From Eledone cirrhosa (Eukaryota), in NCBI GenBank assembly GCA_964016885.1, contig OZ024743.1:151838001-151902000 (forward strand): 64,000 nt of DNA. Direction: 5' to 3'. Under the pieces are notes generated by a model. That model made no database searches and was not told where the DNA came from. It saw nothing but the letters and a program-made list of their open reading frames with translations. The translations under genes and the position numbers were made by a program. This document shows positions 13,681 through 25,742 of this stretch, piece by piece. Numbering within the stretch: the first letter of the stretch is position 1; the number at the start of each line of letters is the position of its first letter.

Positions 13681-14113
13681 TAGCACACACATCTAGGACC
13701 ACATACAATACATAAGCAGGTAATACACACATCTAGGACCACATACAACACATGAGCAGGTAATACACACATCTAGGACCACATGCAACATATAAGGAGG
13801 TAGCACACACATCTAGGACCACATACAACACACAGGCAGGTAATACATACATTTAGGACCACATGCAACACATAAGCAGGTAATACAAACATCTAGGACC
13901 ACATACAACACATAATCAGGTAATACATACATCTAGGACCACATACAACACATAAGGAGGTAATACACACATCTAGGACCACATACAACACACAAGCAGG
14001 TAATACATACAACTGGGACCACATGCAATACATAAGAAGGTAATACATACATCTAGGACTACCTACAACACACAGGCAGGTAATACATACATCTAGGACT
14101 AAATACAACACAC
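13681..14113 (+). repeat. 40-bp minisatellite, about 10.8 copies
   Basis: Unit TAATACACACATCTAGGACCACATACAACACATAAGCAGG. Confidence 0.97.
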
Positions 14114-14122
14114 ATTGTATCA

Positions 14123-15178
14123 TGTGCTACGGACGACGCAAGAGCAATGGTCAGCCAACATAAGGTTTTCGTCACTCTTCTGAAGAAAGAAAATCTATCT
14201 GTATTCGTTGTTCATTGTGTCATTCATCGACAACACTTGGCTGCAAAGAAACTCAGCAAGCCACTGAGCAAGTCCTTGCAGGGGGCCCTTGATGTCATCA
14301 ATTTTATCAAACGACATTGCCTCAATGAACGAATTTTCCGGCAAATGTGCCAAGATAATGACGAAGAATTCGTCAAGTTGCTCCTTCATAATGAAGTGGG
14401 GTGGCTTTCAAAGGGCAAGTGCCTTACTCACTTCTTTGAACTGTTCGACTCTATCATTGAGGTTCTACGAGGACGCAACACAGAACTGTACAAGAAAACC
14501 CTCGATGTGAGGCAAAACTGTGCCTACCTCACCAACATCATCAACAAATGCAATAGCGTCATTTTGGCTTTGCAGGGGAAGAAGATCACCTTGCTTAAAG
14601 CAAGGAATGCTGTGAAAACATTCCTGGCCAAATTGAATGTCATCGAAAGGAATCTTTGTTGACGGGAATTCTATAATTTTCCTAGTGTCGCCAATGTTCA
14701 AAACATTGTAAGCGATGACCAACTCCAAATTTATACCTCTCACCTCTGTGCGCTACAAGACAACATGGGAGAACTGTTTGTCGACCTTTTGCCGATGGAC
14801 ATCCCAATGTGGGTAGCAGATCCCTTCATAGCTAATGTTGATGATTTGGACGTTATATTTCAGGAAGAATTCATTGAACTTCAAGCAGATGACATGATCA
14901 AAATTATATTTCCTAAAATAGGTGAACCCCTTTTTTGGATGCAAGAGAAAATTCAATGTCGATTTCCACACCTACATGTAGAGGCTAAGAGATTTGCTCT
15001 GCCTTTTCCAAGCTCATACTTAGTCAAGAGGAGGTTTGGTGCTGTTTCCAGACTGCACAGTAAGGCTCGCAACTGCTACAATGTAATTACACGTTGAGAT
15101 CTCTGGCTACATCTTAGGAACATACAGCCTAATGTCAAAGAGTTAGCTAGACTCCATAAAGTTCAAGAGTCCCATTGA
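14123..15178 (+). pseudogene. hAT transposase C-terminal half (ZBED5/SCAND3/GTF2IRD2-like), two in-frame stops
   Basis: HCVIHRQHL, WLSKGKCL, LPFPSSYLV motifs; one frame with TGA at 14660 and 15095; natural stop at 15178; N-terminus missing. Confidence 0.9.
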
Positions 15179-16857
15179 AATGAGGTCAAAGTTAAAGTAA
15201 GTTGATTTATCCAAAAACTTGGATATGCTATTGTTACAAAGCAAACTAACAATTTTTTTTTATTTGTAGTTGCAGTCGACTGGACTGGAAACCATCTAAT
15301 ACAATTCACTTACTCATTTGTTGTATATATTTTACCATTTACTAATAAATATACCCTCTCGCGTGGTCATGAAAACCCTCTTCCATGGTCTCTAAGCTCA
15401 CAAAGCAGAGGGGACATCAAGTTAGATATCAACATTTATCCTGTCCGTTTCATTAAAGGGAACATTGGAAAGCTTTGAAATGATATAATTGCCACTTTCT
15501 TCCAGATAAGAGCACTCTTTGGATAGACAGAGTTGCTCTTGCATAAATGTTCAAAATAGCTGATATCGCCTGGTGGGAATATAACAAATTCAACTGGTCC
15601 TTATTCATAAAAAAGAACATTTATGTTCCTTTTTTTTAAATTTATATATTTCCTTTCAAGGAATGTATTTATACTCTCAGCTGCTTGCAATAGTATCTTT
15701 GGAATATTGTTAATCAATTTTTTAGTAATCTACTGATATCAAAATTAGTAGTATATTGAAAAATGGAAAAATAGGGGGGGGGGGGCGTTTCGTGATTTTG
15801 AGGGACAAATGGGGGCGTTTGGCCTAAATGGGTTGAGAACCTGTGGTTTAGTTCATCAGAGCAGATCCAGAGCTAATCACAAACAACAACAATATGAAAT
15901 GTTATGAAACAACTTTTGATTAAAGCTACTGAGTATAAATAACTGTTATCTTCTTCAATTTCAACAACTTCATCAGACACTGAGCAAATTTCCTCCTAAA
16001 ATAAAACTTATTTTCAGATGCGAAAATTAACATATTAAAGTAGATTAATTTACTTGAAACCTGACAAGATTAAAGTTGATGTTTTGCATGACATTTGCAA
16101 CTTAATAATAACAAAAGAAATACAATTACATTTTAAGGTAGTAAACACTGTTGACACATCAGTGATTGCATACTAATTACTTTAATTATGTGTTTACAGA
16201 TGGACATCAGGCTATTATGTAAATTTATCACCAGATATTCAGACGGCAATTAGTGTCTTAATCTTTGCTGATTCAGACGTAAAGTTTTGGGTATTGATAT
16301 TTGAACTTCTATCAAGAGTTATTTTGATCAATGTTTGCACTTCAATTGAAATTTCATGGTCATCTCTTAGATTCTAAGCAAAACCATGACAAATTGGTTA
16401 CAGGAGTCATTTTTATATCTATTAGTATGAAACTGAATAATTTCTGGTAATAGATTCTCAACATTAATGAGGTACTCAAAGCAACTTAGTTAAAAGAGTA
16501 GCAACAATATAGAAAATAAAAATAGTAAATAAACATCAGAGAATTATGTGATGATATGTAGGATAAAATATCCTTCTGATGCTAAGAATAAGTATACTTC
16601 AATCACTTTGCTACATGAATCATAGTTGACATTGAAAAAAGTAAGCTAAGTTAGTAATAATCCATAATATGGTTTAAACACCACCAGCAATCTCTTGGGT
16701 TCCTTTACACTCTGTTGTAAACATTTAACTATTGACACCCAGAAAAGATTTAGCAGCAAACATCTAAAAATGGATTTGTTAATTCAAATGTTTATAGCAT
16801 ATTTATTGGTGGACAAATAGTTGTGAAAATTTGCTTTAAACCACAATACTTTAATTT

Positions 16858-17578
16858 TTAATGGCAATGTTACATGGTAGTGACACTTGGGCGCTGTCTG
16901 TAGAAGACTTGTGTAGATTAGAAAGAAACGAAGCTTGCATGCTCCGATGGATGTGTAATAGTAATATACACGAACGGCAAAGCATAAACGAATTGAGAGA
17001 GAGACTGAGCATAAGAGGAATCAAATGCTGTGTGCAGGAGAGGAGGTTGCGTTGATATGGACATCTGATGTGTATGGACATGTGAGCACTAGAAGTCGAT
17101 GGAAGCCACGGAGTGGGGAGACACAAGAAGACCTGGGATGAGGGGATAAAAGCCGACCTTACCCAATTGCACCTCTCAAGGGCATGACCTCTGGCATCAC
17201 GCAGTAATACAGAAGACCCGACTTCCCATGGGTACAAGCCGAAGCTGAAGCATATAGTCAATATGCCCCCACCCCTTCCCACTGCAAAGTGGTCGTGGAG
17301 GTGCTACGGCAAAAAAGCACCCAGCACTCACTGTAAAGTGGACGTGTAGGTGCCACGGAAAAAAAGCTCCCAGCACTCACTGTAAATGAGGTTGGTGTTA
17401 GGAAGAGCATCCAGCTGTAGAAATCAAGCCAGAATCAGTTCCCATATGAGCAAGACAAGGTCAGCCGACTGGACACTGCCCACAGCAGGACAACCCATCT
17501 AACCCATGCTAGCGAGTTGTAGTGCACCTGAGCAATTTACACAATGATTTCATTATTATTATTATGATGATGATGATG
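16858..17578 (+). mobile_element. 5'-truncated RTE family A with long 3' UTR and embedded CR1 tail
   Basis: MLHGSDTWA..MLRWMC..ERRLR; matches 40790-41460. Confidence 0.9.
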
Positions 17579-20500
17579 CAGTCATAGTGATGTTTAGTAC
17601 TTTTGAAGATTGTTTAGCTCATATGGTTTCATGTGGTACAGTATGCTAGGTCTCTCGTTTGAAGTAACTATCTCCTATACTGAAAATAGATCATAGGCAC
17701 TTTCCTTCCTCCTTTCATTAAAACAAAAAATAAATAAATAAACGATCCAATGAATATTGGACTTTATTGTCCTAAGAGGAAGCACTGTTTTCTTAGATTT
17801 GTATTACTACCCTCATCAGTATTAAAAACATAAATTTGTATTCTAAATATGTTGGAACATATATTTGTGCCTGTAAATTTCCCAACAGATTAAGATATGA
17901 ATTAATATGTGATCTAAACTTTTGTTTCACCTATCCAAATATATGTAAAAAAATTGTTATGAGATTTGCTGTAACATTGGTCTCTTTGTGCTAAGAATCA
18001 TCAAGTTGATAATATAAATGTTTTCTCTGTTGTTATTTAGCCTCAAGTCAATTCACAACCAGCAGATCTGAACTCAAAGGCGTTCCAGCTATAACTATCC
18101 ATTTTTTTTTTATTCCTTTATAAGAATATCTAGGATTGCATTATATAATTTGACCTATTTTTTAAAAGTGATAGGGTGTGATCCGAGTGAGATTTGACTG
18201 CTATTTCCAACAAATAGTGACAACATAGAGGACCCTTCATTGACTGATTTTTGCTGTGTTTTGTAATGCTCCTGTGCTATTAAAAATGTGTTGAGATAGA
18301 ACTTATATTTAATTCTAACCCTAAAACAATTTTGGCGTTATACATGATTTATTATTTGAGGGGTTTAGTCTATAGGTTGGGGCTGTGCCTATAGCCTTTG
18401 CTACTCTAACAATTGAAGGATTTTGACTGATTAAATTGGGTCTGAACTTCAGTTTCATTAAAACTACACTATTCTCTTAATCAATATCAAGAGTAATTAA
18501 ATAATCCAGTTACACCTTGTGGTGTGTTATGAAAGTGACTTAGTAAGAGGAGTGATAAAAATAAATATGGATGAAGTAGAGGAAGGAGAAGACGGCTAAA
18601 AAAGACATGGCTAATGATTATGGAAGAGGAAATGAATAGGGGAAAATAGAGGAGCTTCTCATGGAGCTCACAAGACTAACTCCTGCCGTAATAGAGAAAA
18701 TGGCCTTAAAATGTTTGTTGTTGTTCATGGCAGGGGTTGTGGTGGTGGTGGTGGTGGTGGCAGTGCATTATGAAATTTTCATTAACACTAATTATCAAAT
18801 TCCATACCACTAGATGATTTAATCTGGATATTGTCTGTTATATAAACATCTGAGTAAAGAAGCAAGTGGTTTTTTGAGTATATGAAAACTTATGAGATCC
18901 AAACCAGCCCAAAAGGAACATTATCTGTATTGATTTTACTAGTCTTAGAGGCTCTGTGAAGGCCTTTCTTCAGACTAAATAAATAGAAAAAAAAATTAAA
19001 AATTAAAAAGTGTTTACCCCTTTCAGAATAAGACTAGAAATACTACTTTCTAATATAGAGTTAATAAAATCATATGCTCTGTGAAATGGTACATGATTTG
19101 TCAAGAATAGTTAATTCATTAATGTCACATAGATGAAAAGAACTTAGTAAATGGGGGTGGGTGTAAAAATAGGTTCACTGAAAGATAGTCAAAGTTAATA
19201 GTCGACACATCTTTACTTACTCTGATTATATTTCTTCTAATATTATTTAATAATGTTTTTTCCATCATGTTCAAAATTGCATCATCAAACTATTTAGCTG
19301 TAAAATTTGGAAGCAGAAATAGAATTACTTGCATTTAAAAATAGAAATGCCTTGAGACAGGATCTTGATGTTTTCACTTCTGGACATGAGCCAGTTTCAA
19401 TACAATTTAATATTGAAGTTAAGTTGTGGAAATGCTTTTGTAAATTCAGGTAACAATGGCAGGAATATTTAACAAGTGAATTATTATGGATCGAAAGGAA
19501 ACACTAAGAAGAATGTGGCATTCTTCGCTACTGTGGTCGTACTAAATAAATATCACATGCATTAAATACCATACTAGATTCTATTTGAGTCTGCATAGTA
19601 TAATATTGTTTTATTTCTGGATAAATTAGTGTATAATATTTGAGCTGCTTGTAAATGTATCATTGACTTTCTCCAAATTATAAACATCCTCAAGCAGAGC
19701 TGACTGGAGACAATAGCAGCAGCAGCAGTCGCTATTATTTTCTTCTATAAGTCTTCCAAGAACTTTGAATGATTTTGAAATATAAAAAGTAGTAAAACTG
19801 ACATCTCTTTAACACATTGGAAAAATAAAGTCAATGGAAAAACATTTCAAATTTTCCCCAGCATTTAATTTTCTGATTGTAAAATCTCATTGCAATACAT
19901 TTCAATCCAACCATCAAAATTGGTTTGACATAACATGTAGTTTAATTAATATAAAACTGCCTAAATAATTCATATCACCCACTTACTCATCTACAAACAA
20001 CTTTGATTCGTATAATGCTGTCTACCACTAAACTACTTGTTCATTACACTGGCTCACCGTCATTTAAAGTCTGTTGGATGAGTTGTCACAGACCAAGTCA
20101 GTATTTAATCAGAGCTACTGAACTCTCAGATCAGTCAGGATTTTACTTATCAGTTACATATATTTCTACACACTGCAGAGTGCACTGGGTTCATTTTATT
20201 GTGGCACCAACACTAGCGATATTGTCACGTCTTTGACACACCTGAGTAATCCCAACCTTTTGTTTTGCAGATTTTCTACTGCTGGATGCCCTTCTTGTCA
20301 CCAACCACTTTACAGAGTGTGTAGGGTGCATTCAATATTAATATAATCCAGTCCTACCCATAATCCAACCTAGTGTAATAAAACTCTCATAAGAGGAGTA
20401 CTACACTCTAAAAATATTAGAGCATATTGAAATGAACCAAAATTATTAAGCAATACATAAAATTGTACGATATTGGCTGCATAGCAATATTTTCAGATTC

Positions 20501-20940
20501 TCTTACAGACAAAGATAAACCAAAGGTTACCAATTCTTTTATATTCCAGTAATGATTATTCTCTATTTCCATACTTAGAAAGGAATAATAACATTTACTT
20601 TCCAGTCTGATGTATATTAATCAATATCAGTTCATTTCATTAAATAGTTCAATTTGCTTTGTGGTAACAAGGCATATTTTACTTACAAATATCTTTCTTA
20701 TATTGAAAGTATTCAATTAAGTATAATGCTAAATAACAGGAAATTGTTTCCTAAAACATCAACTACATTTTAATGAAATATATATACAACTATTTTTCTT
20801 ATTTTTTGTTTGCCTCAAGTACAAGAATGTTATCAAGAAAACATGTACAAGACTGTGGTAGTTGATGTGGCATTTGAAGTGATGAAAGTAGAGGTTTGGT
20901 AGAAACTCATGGAAAGTTAAGGAACTTTACTCCTTTCACT

Positions 20941-20975
<35 letters not shown>

Positions 20976-23900
20976 TTTACGTCCGCTTTTCCCTGCTTGC
21001 AAGTTTGGGATGGGTCTTATTCAGCACAGCATCTCTCCACTCGTCACGGTCCCTCGTCATCTCCACCGTGAGCTTCAATGATCTGAGGTCTGTTCTCACC
21101 ACCTCCGCCCATGTTTTTCGTGGTCTACCTCTACCACGTCTTCTTTCAACTGGCAATTCCTGGCACTTCTTCACCCATCGGTCATCCTCCATGCGCATCA
21201 CATGTCCATACCACCTCAGTCTCCTCTCCCGTACACTACATTCTATCCCTCTCAGACACAGTTTCTCTCTCAACACATTTATGCTGGGTCGTTCACGCAC
21301 ATTCACACTGCACATCCAACAGAGCATGCTTGCCTCATTTCTCTCCAGCCGTCGCATATCCTCTGCAGTTGCTGCCCATGTCTCACTCCCATGCAGCATC
21401 GCGCTCCTCACACAGGCATCATACAACCAGCCTTTCGTACGCAGGGAGAAACCCTTCTTCATCAACAGAGGAAGCAGCTCCCTAACCTTCTTCCAACCCG
21501 TCCTTATTCTAGATACTATGGCCTCGGAACACGCTCCTCCCATGCTAATCTGATCTCCTAGGTACCGGAAGCTATCCACCACTTCTATAGCGCCCTCCTG
21601 CATTTGAAAAATGTGTCTATCAATGTGACTTCTACTGTCTAATTTCCCAGTACATCTACTGCATACATATTTCTCCCTACCTGTTAGTTTGCCTGCTATC
21701 CCGCTACATCTCTTGTGTACCCAGGATCTGCATTGTGTGCATTTTATAGAATTTATGCCAGTTCCTTTTCTGCATATCGAACATGGCCATTTCCCTTCTT
21801 TTCTACTCATCAACACTTTTGTCTTAGCTAGATTCACTCTCAGTCCTCTTGCTTCCAACTGCTGTTTCCATAGCCAGAATTTATTCCCTAGCTCCTCTAC
21901 TGATTCTGCTATATGAACCAGATCGTCAGCATAGAGAAGTTCCCATGGACAGCCAGTCTTAAACTCCTCTGTTATGGCTTGGAGGACTATAATGAACAAG
22001 AGCGGGCTGAGGACCGAACCCTGATGTACTCCTACTTGTATCTGGAATTCCTCACTAAACTCCATTCCTACCCTGACTTTACTGAGAGTACCTCTGTACA
22101 AAGTTTGCACTGTCCTCACAAGCCATTCCTCAACACCTAGCTTCCTTAGGGACCACCAGATGACAGATCGGGGTACCCTATCAAAGGCCTTCTCTGGGTC
22201 AACAAAGGCTAAGTATAGTGGCTTATTCTTCTCTAAGAACCTCTCTTGCAATTGTCTCACCAAGAAGAGGGCATCTGTTGTACTCTTCCCAGGCACAAAA
22301 CCAAACTGCATCTCATCTAGTTTGACCCTTTCTCTAATTAGTTGTGCTAATATCCTTTCTGCCACTTTCATAACCTGATCTATCAGTTTCATACCCCTAT
22401 AATTGCTCCTCTCCAGAGCATCCCCTTTACCTTTGTAGCAATTTATGAGAATACTGCTGCACCAGTCTTTGGGTATGACACAACCATATATAGCCTGATT
22501 GATGATGCGTGCAACCAGTTTAGTGCCTACGTCTCCTGATGCCTTCAGCATCTCAGCAACTATTCCCGATGGTCTGGCAGCCTTACCATTTTTCAGTTCC
22601 CTAATCGCCTCTTGGACCCTATATTCGTCAATCTCAATAGCTGGTCCCTCTGTCGGATCTACCAAGGGTAATTTCTCTCTCTCCCATTTATTCTCCACAT
22701 TCATCAGTCTCTCATAATGACATTTCCAGGCCTCCTTTTTCTGATCATTCGTGACACTAAGTACACCGGCATCATCCCGGACACATTTATCTCCAACAAC
22801 ATCCTGATTTGCATTGACACACTGCCTTGCAATGTGGAACACCGCACGCCTATGATTTCCCGTCGCAGAACATTGGCAAACCTACTACTCTCTGCCTCCC
22901 TGCGTGCTAAGTACACCTGACGTCTAGCTTCTCTCTTAGTGGCTGTATTTTCTTCCCTACTCCCACCCTTTTTCCAAGCCTTCCATGCTAGTCTTTTGTC
23001 TCTAATAGCCTTATCTACTGTGCTGTTCCACCACCAAGTCACTCTCTGTCTGGTTGGAGCTCTGCTCCAGCCACAAGTTTCATCAGTAGCCTTGAAGGGC
23101 TTTCCTAAATTTGTATTTTAGTGAAAGGTCTTTTAGCTTCCAGACCTTTCTTCTCCACACCTTCGTATATGTCTCATTCCATCTCTTGCTTACTGAGATA
23201 TCACTAACAACTAACCTATGCTGTGGGGTACATTCTTCCCCAGGGTATGCCTTTGTATTAGACACTATCTGCCTGTCCCGCTACCTAACTAGTAAGAAGT
23301 CAATCTGGCTTATGTGCTCACCAGATTTGTAGGTTATTAGGTGATTGGCAGGTTTCTGGAAGTTAGTGTTGCAAATAGTCAATGTACCTGCATCACAAAA
23401 TTCAAGAAGTCTCACTTCTTCTTCATTTCTTGAACCGTAACTGTGCCCACCATATACCCCAGTGTAACCATCCTGGAGCTGTCCAACATGACCATTGAAG
23501 TCTCCTGCTAGCATAACAATGTCTCCGTGCTCTGTTATTGCGGTTGTTTGCAAAAGTTGCTCATAAAAGCAGTCTTTCTCATCTTTGCCTAGGCCTGCTT
23601 GGGGAGCATAGGCCGAGATGATTGTCAGTAGTCTCCTACCTACAACTAATCTAAGCCTAATTATTCGATTACTAATTCGAACTACCTCTATTGTCTTATT
23701 GATCCATTTCTCAGCCAGGAAAATGCCTACTCCCCCTAACCCATCATCCTTACCTACCCAGAATAGCTTATAGCTAAGACGTTTGCTTACGACTAGTCTC
23801 GCAGAGGCACCTCTCCATCTCACCTCTTGCACGCAGCACACATCCACCTGCCTTCTCTCCAGCATCTCCGCTATTTCAGCAGATCTACCTCTGAGAGTGC

Positions 23901-24045
23901 CAACATTAAGTGTTGCAACTCTGAGATGCGACGTCTTCATATTTTGTTGTTGTTCCTATTTGTTGCTGTGCTGATAAGCGTTTTGGCATTGATACACTGA
24001 TTGGATGCCCTTCCTAACACCAGCGCCACTTTACAGCATGGTCAT
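20941..24045 (-). mobile_element. Near-full-length RTE-clade LINE (family B)
   Basis: Short 5' UTR, single APE+RT ORF starting at ATG 23940, (GAT)n tail 20941-20975; no TSD found. Confidence 0.95.
20977..23940 (-). pseudogene. RTE polyprotein: AP endonuclease, reverse transcriptase and PHD finger; one stop (23281) and two frameshifts (~23100, ~22855)
   Basis: TLNVGTL, VQEVRW, GDFNGHVG, SQIDF (APE); DPEKAFDRV, QGSVLSP, YADD (RT); RGRPRKTW. Confidence 0.93.
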
Positions 24046-24074
24046 AAAAAAAAACAAAAAAAAACTTATTGACA

Positions 24075-24668
24075 CAACGCACACACACACACACCAACAC
24101 TCATGCGTACAAACCACAACCACACACATGCCACTCACGCACCAACACTCATTCATGCATACAATCACACACACCACTCACAAACACATACCGACAGTAC
24201 TGATACAAATACAAAATCAAAATCAATATCATGTCAACTGTTGACCTCGCCCAGTCCAGTTCAGCTTGTATATAATAATAATAATAAATGTTTGCTTTAC
24301 GTTGGTAATGGCGGTGGTGGTGTCAGTGTGGTGGTGGTGGTGGATGGTCAGTGATGGTGGTGACAGTTGTTGGTGCTGTAGTTGTTATTGTAGTTGCTGT
24401 TGCTGTTGTTGTCGTTGTTGCTGTTGTCGCTGTTGTTCTTCATTTCACTGCTGCTGTTGCTGCAGACAATGGTGCTGATGCTGTTATTGCTGTCGCATAT
24501 ATACGAATACATACATACACACACATTCAACACAGACAATGGTGTTGTTGCCGTTGTTGTTGTTGGTGTTGCTGCTGTTGTTGTTGTTGCTGTGTTGAAA
24601 TCTGGTCGCATCCACTGAGATATACATATACACACACATATATATATGTATATACACATACATACATC
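24075..24668. repeat. Compound (CA)n/(GGT)n/(GTT,GCT)n low-complexity tract
   Basis: Direct. Confidence 0.85.
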
Positions 24669-25046
24669 AAAAGAGTCAGCAGTATGTCAACAGGGAACAG
24701 GCAACAGGTCAGCCACCTTATATAGAGTAATGAGTACTGTGGTGATGGTGGGGAGCGAGTGTAGACATAATTGTTATTGTGGTGGCGGGGGTCAGTGAGA
24801 TGTACAAGTTCATAGATCACTTGTCTCTTTTCCTCTCTCTTCAATATTTTGAATTTATGGCCTTTTGCAATGGCGGACAAGTATATATAATATATAAGAA
24901 GCAAAGAAAAGAAAATTTCAATGATACGAAAGATTTCCTGATAGAAGTTCAGGTGTATTCAGTGTTGGTATCCAGTTTCCAATTAGAAAATCCAACGAAT
25001 TTTTTTTTTTGAGAGGTCCACGCAAGCATCGATATATATATATATG

Positions 25047-25742
25047 GGCATACGTTAAGAACGGCGTTCGTGAAAGTGAAAGTAAATTTTTTGACAAGTG
25101 AATTTTTTTTTTTTTTTTTTTTTTACAATGAAAGTTACGATACACACGCAATTGTATGGATTTCTTAAAATATATATGTGTGGGTGTGTATATATGTGTG
25201 TACACTGTGAATTTGTTTGTTTATTTACAACAGGTCTCTATAGTGATCTGGTGTTAATTAGTATTGCGTGTGTGATTATTTTTTTCTTTTTATTTTTTTG
25301 TGTATTGTGTGTACGGAAAATTTTTTTTTAAATAATGACCTTGTGTGTTTTTAAATACCAAGATATTACAAAAACATCTAAACGATGATGATGACACAAA
25401 CATATATATATATACAAACACACATATATATATACATACAGACACACATATATATATACACACGTATACACACCCACACATATATATATAAGAAAAAATA
25501 ATCACACACGCAATACTAATTAACACCATATCACTATAGAGACCTGTTGTAAATAAACAAACAAATTCACAGTGTACACACATATATACACACATATACA
25601 CACCCACACATATATATATTTTAAGAAATCCATACAATTGCGTGTGTATCGTAACTTTCACTGTAAAAAAACAAAAAAAAAACAAATTCACTTGTCAAAA
25701 AATTTACTTTCACTTTCACGAACGCCGTTCTTAACGTATGCC
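25047..25742. repeat. Large inverted repeat with ~245-bp arms
   Basis: 25047-25288 vs 25490-25742 near-identical in reverse complement; flanked by (TA)n. Confidence 0.95.

Larger units (their letters stand above)
13218..15845 (+). mobile_element. hAT DNA transposon (Charlie/Buster type), internally deleted, both ends intact
   Basis: TIRs CAAAGGTTCTCAA / TTGAGAACCTGTG; perfect 8-bp TSD GTTTAGTT at 13210-13217 and 15846-15853. Confidence 0.93.

Noticed and set aside
13681-14113. CRISPR-like regular array
   Set aside because: Whole 40-bp unit repeats with no unique spacers; eukaryotic context; no cas genes
19221-19297. Minus-strand exon with good splice sites
   Set aside because: Stops in all frames from the best acceptor; unsupported
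20687-20750. Minus-strand 64-nt exon (ETISCYLALYLIEYFQYKKDI)
   Set aside because: Plausible sites but no phase-compatible neighbour; could be chance
21005-22920. Plus-strand ORFs over the LINE
   Set aside because: Antisense shadows of the RT ORF
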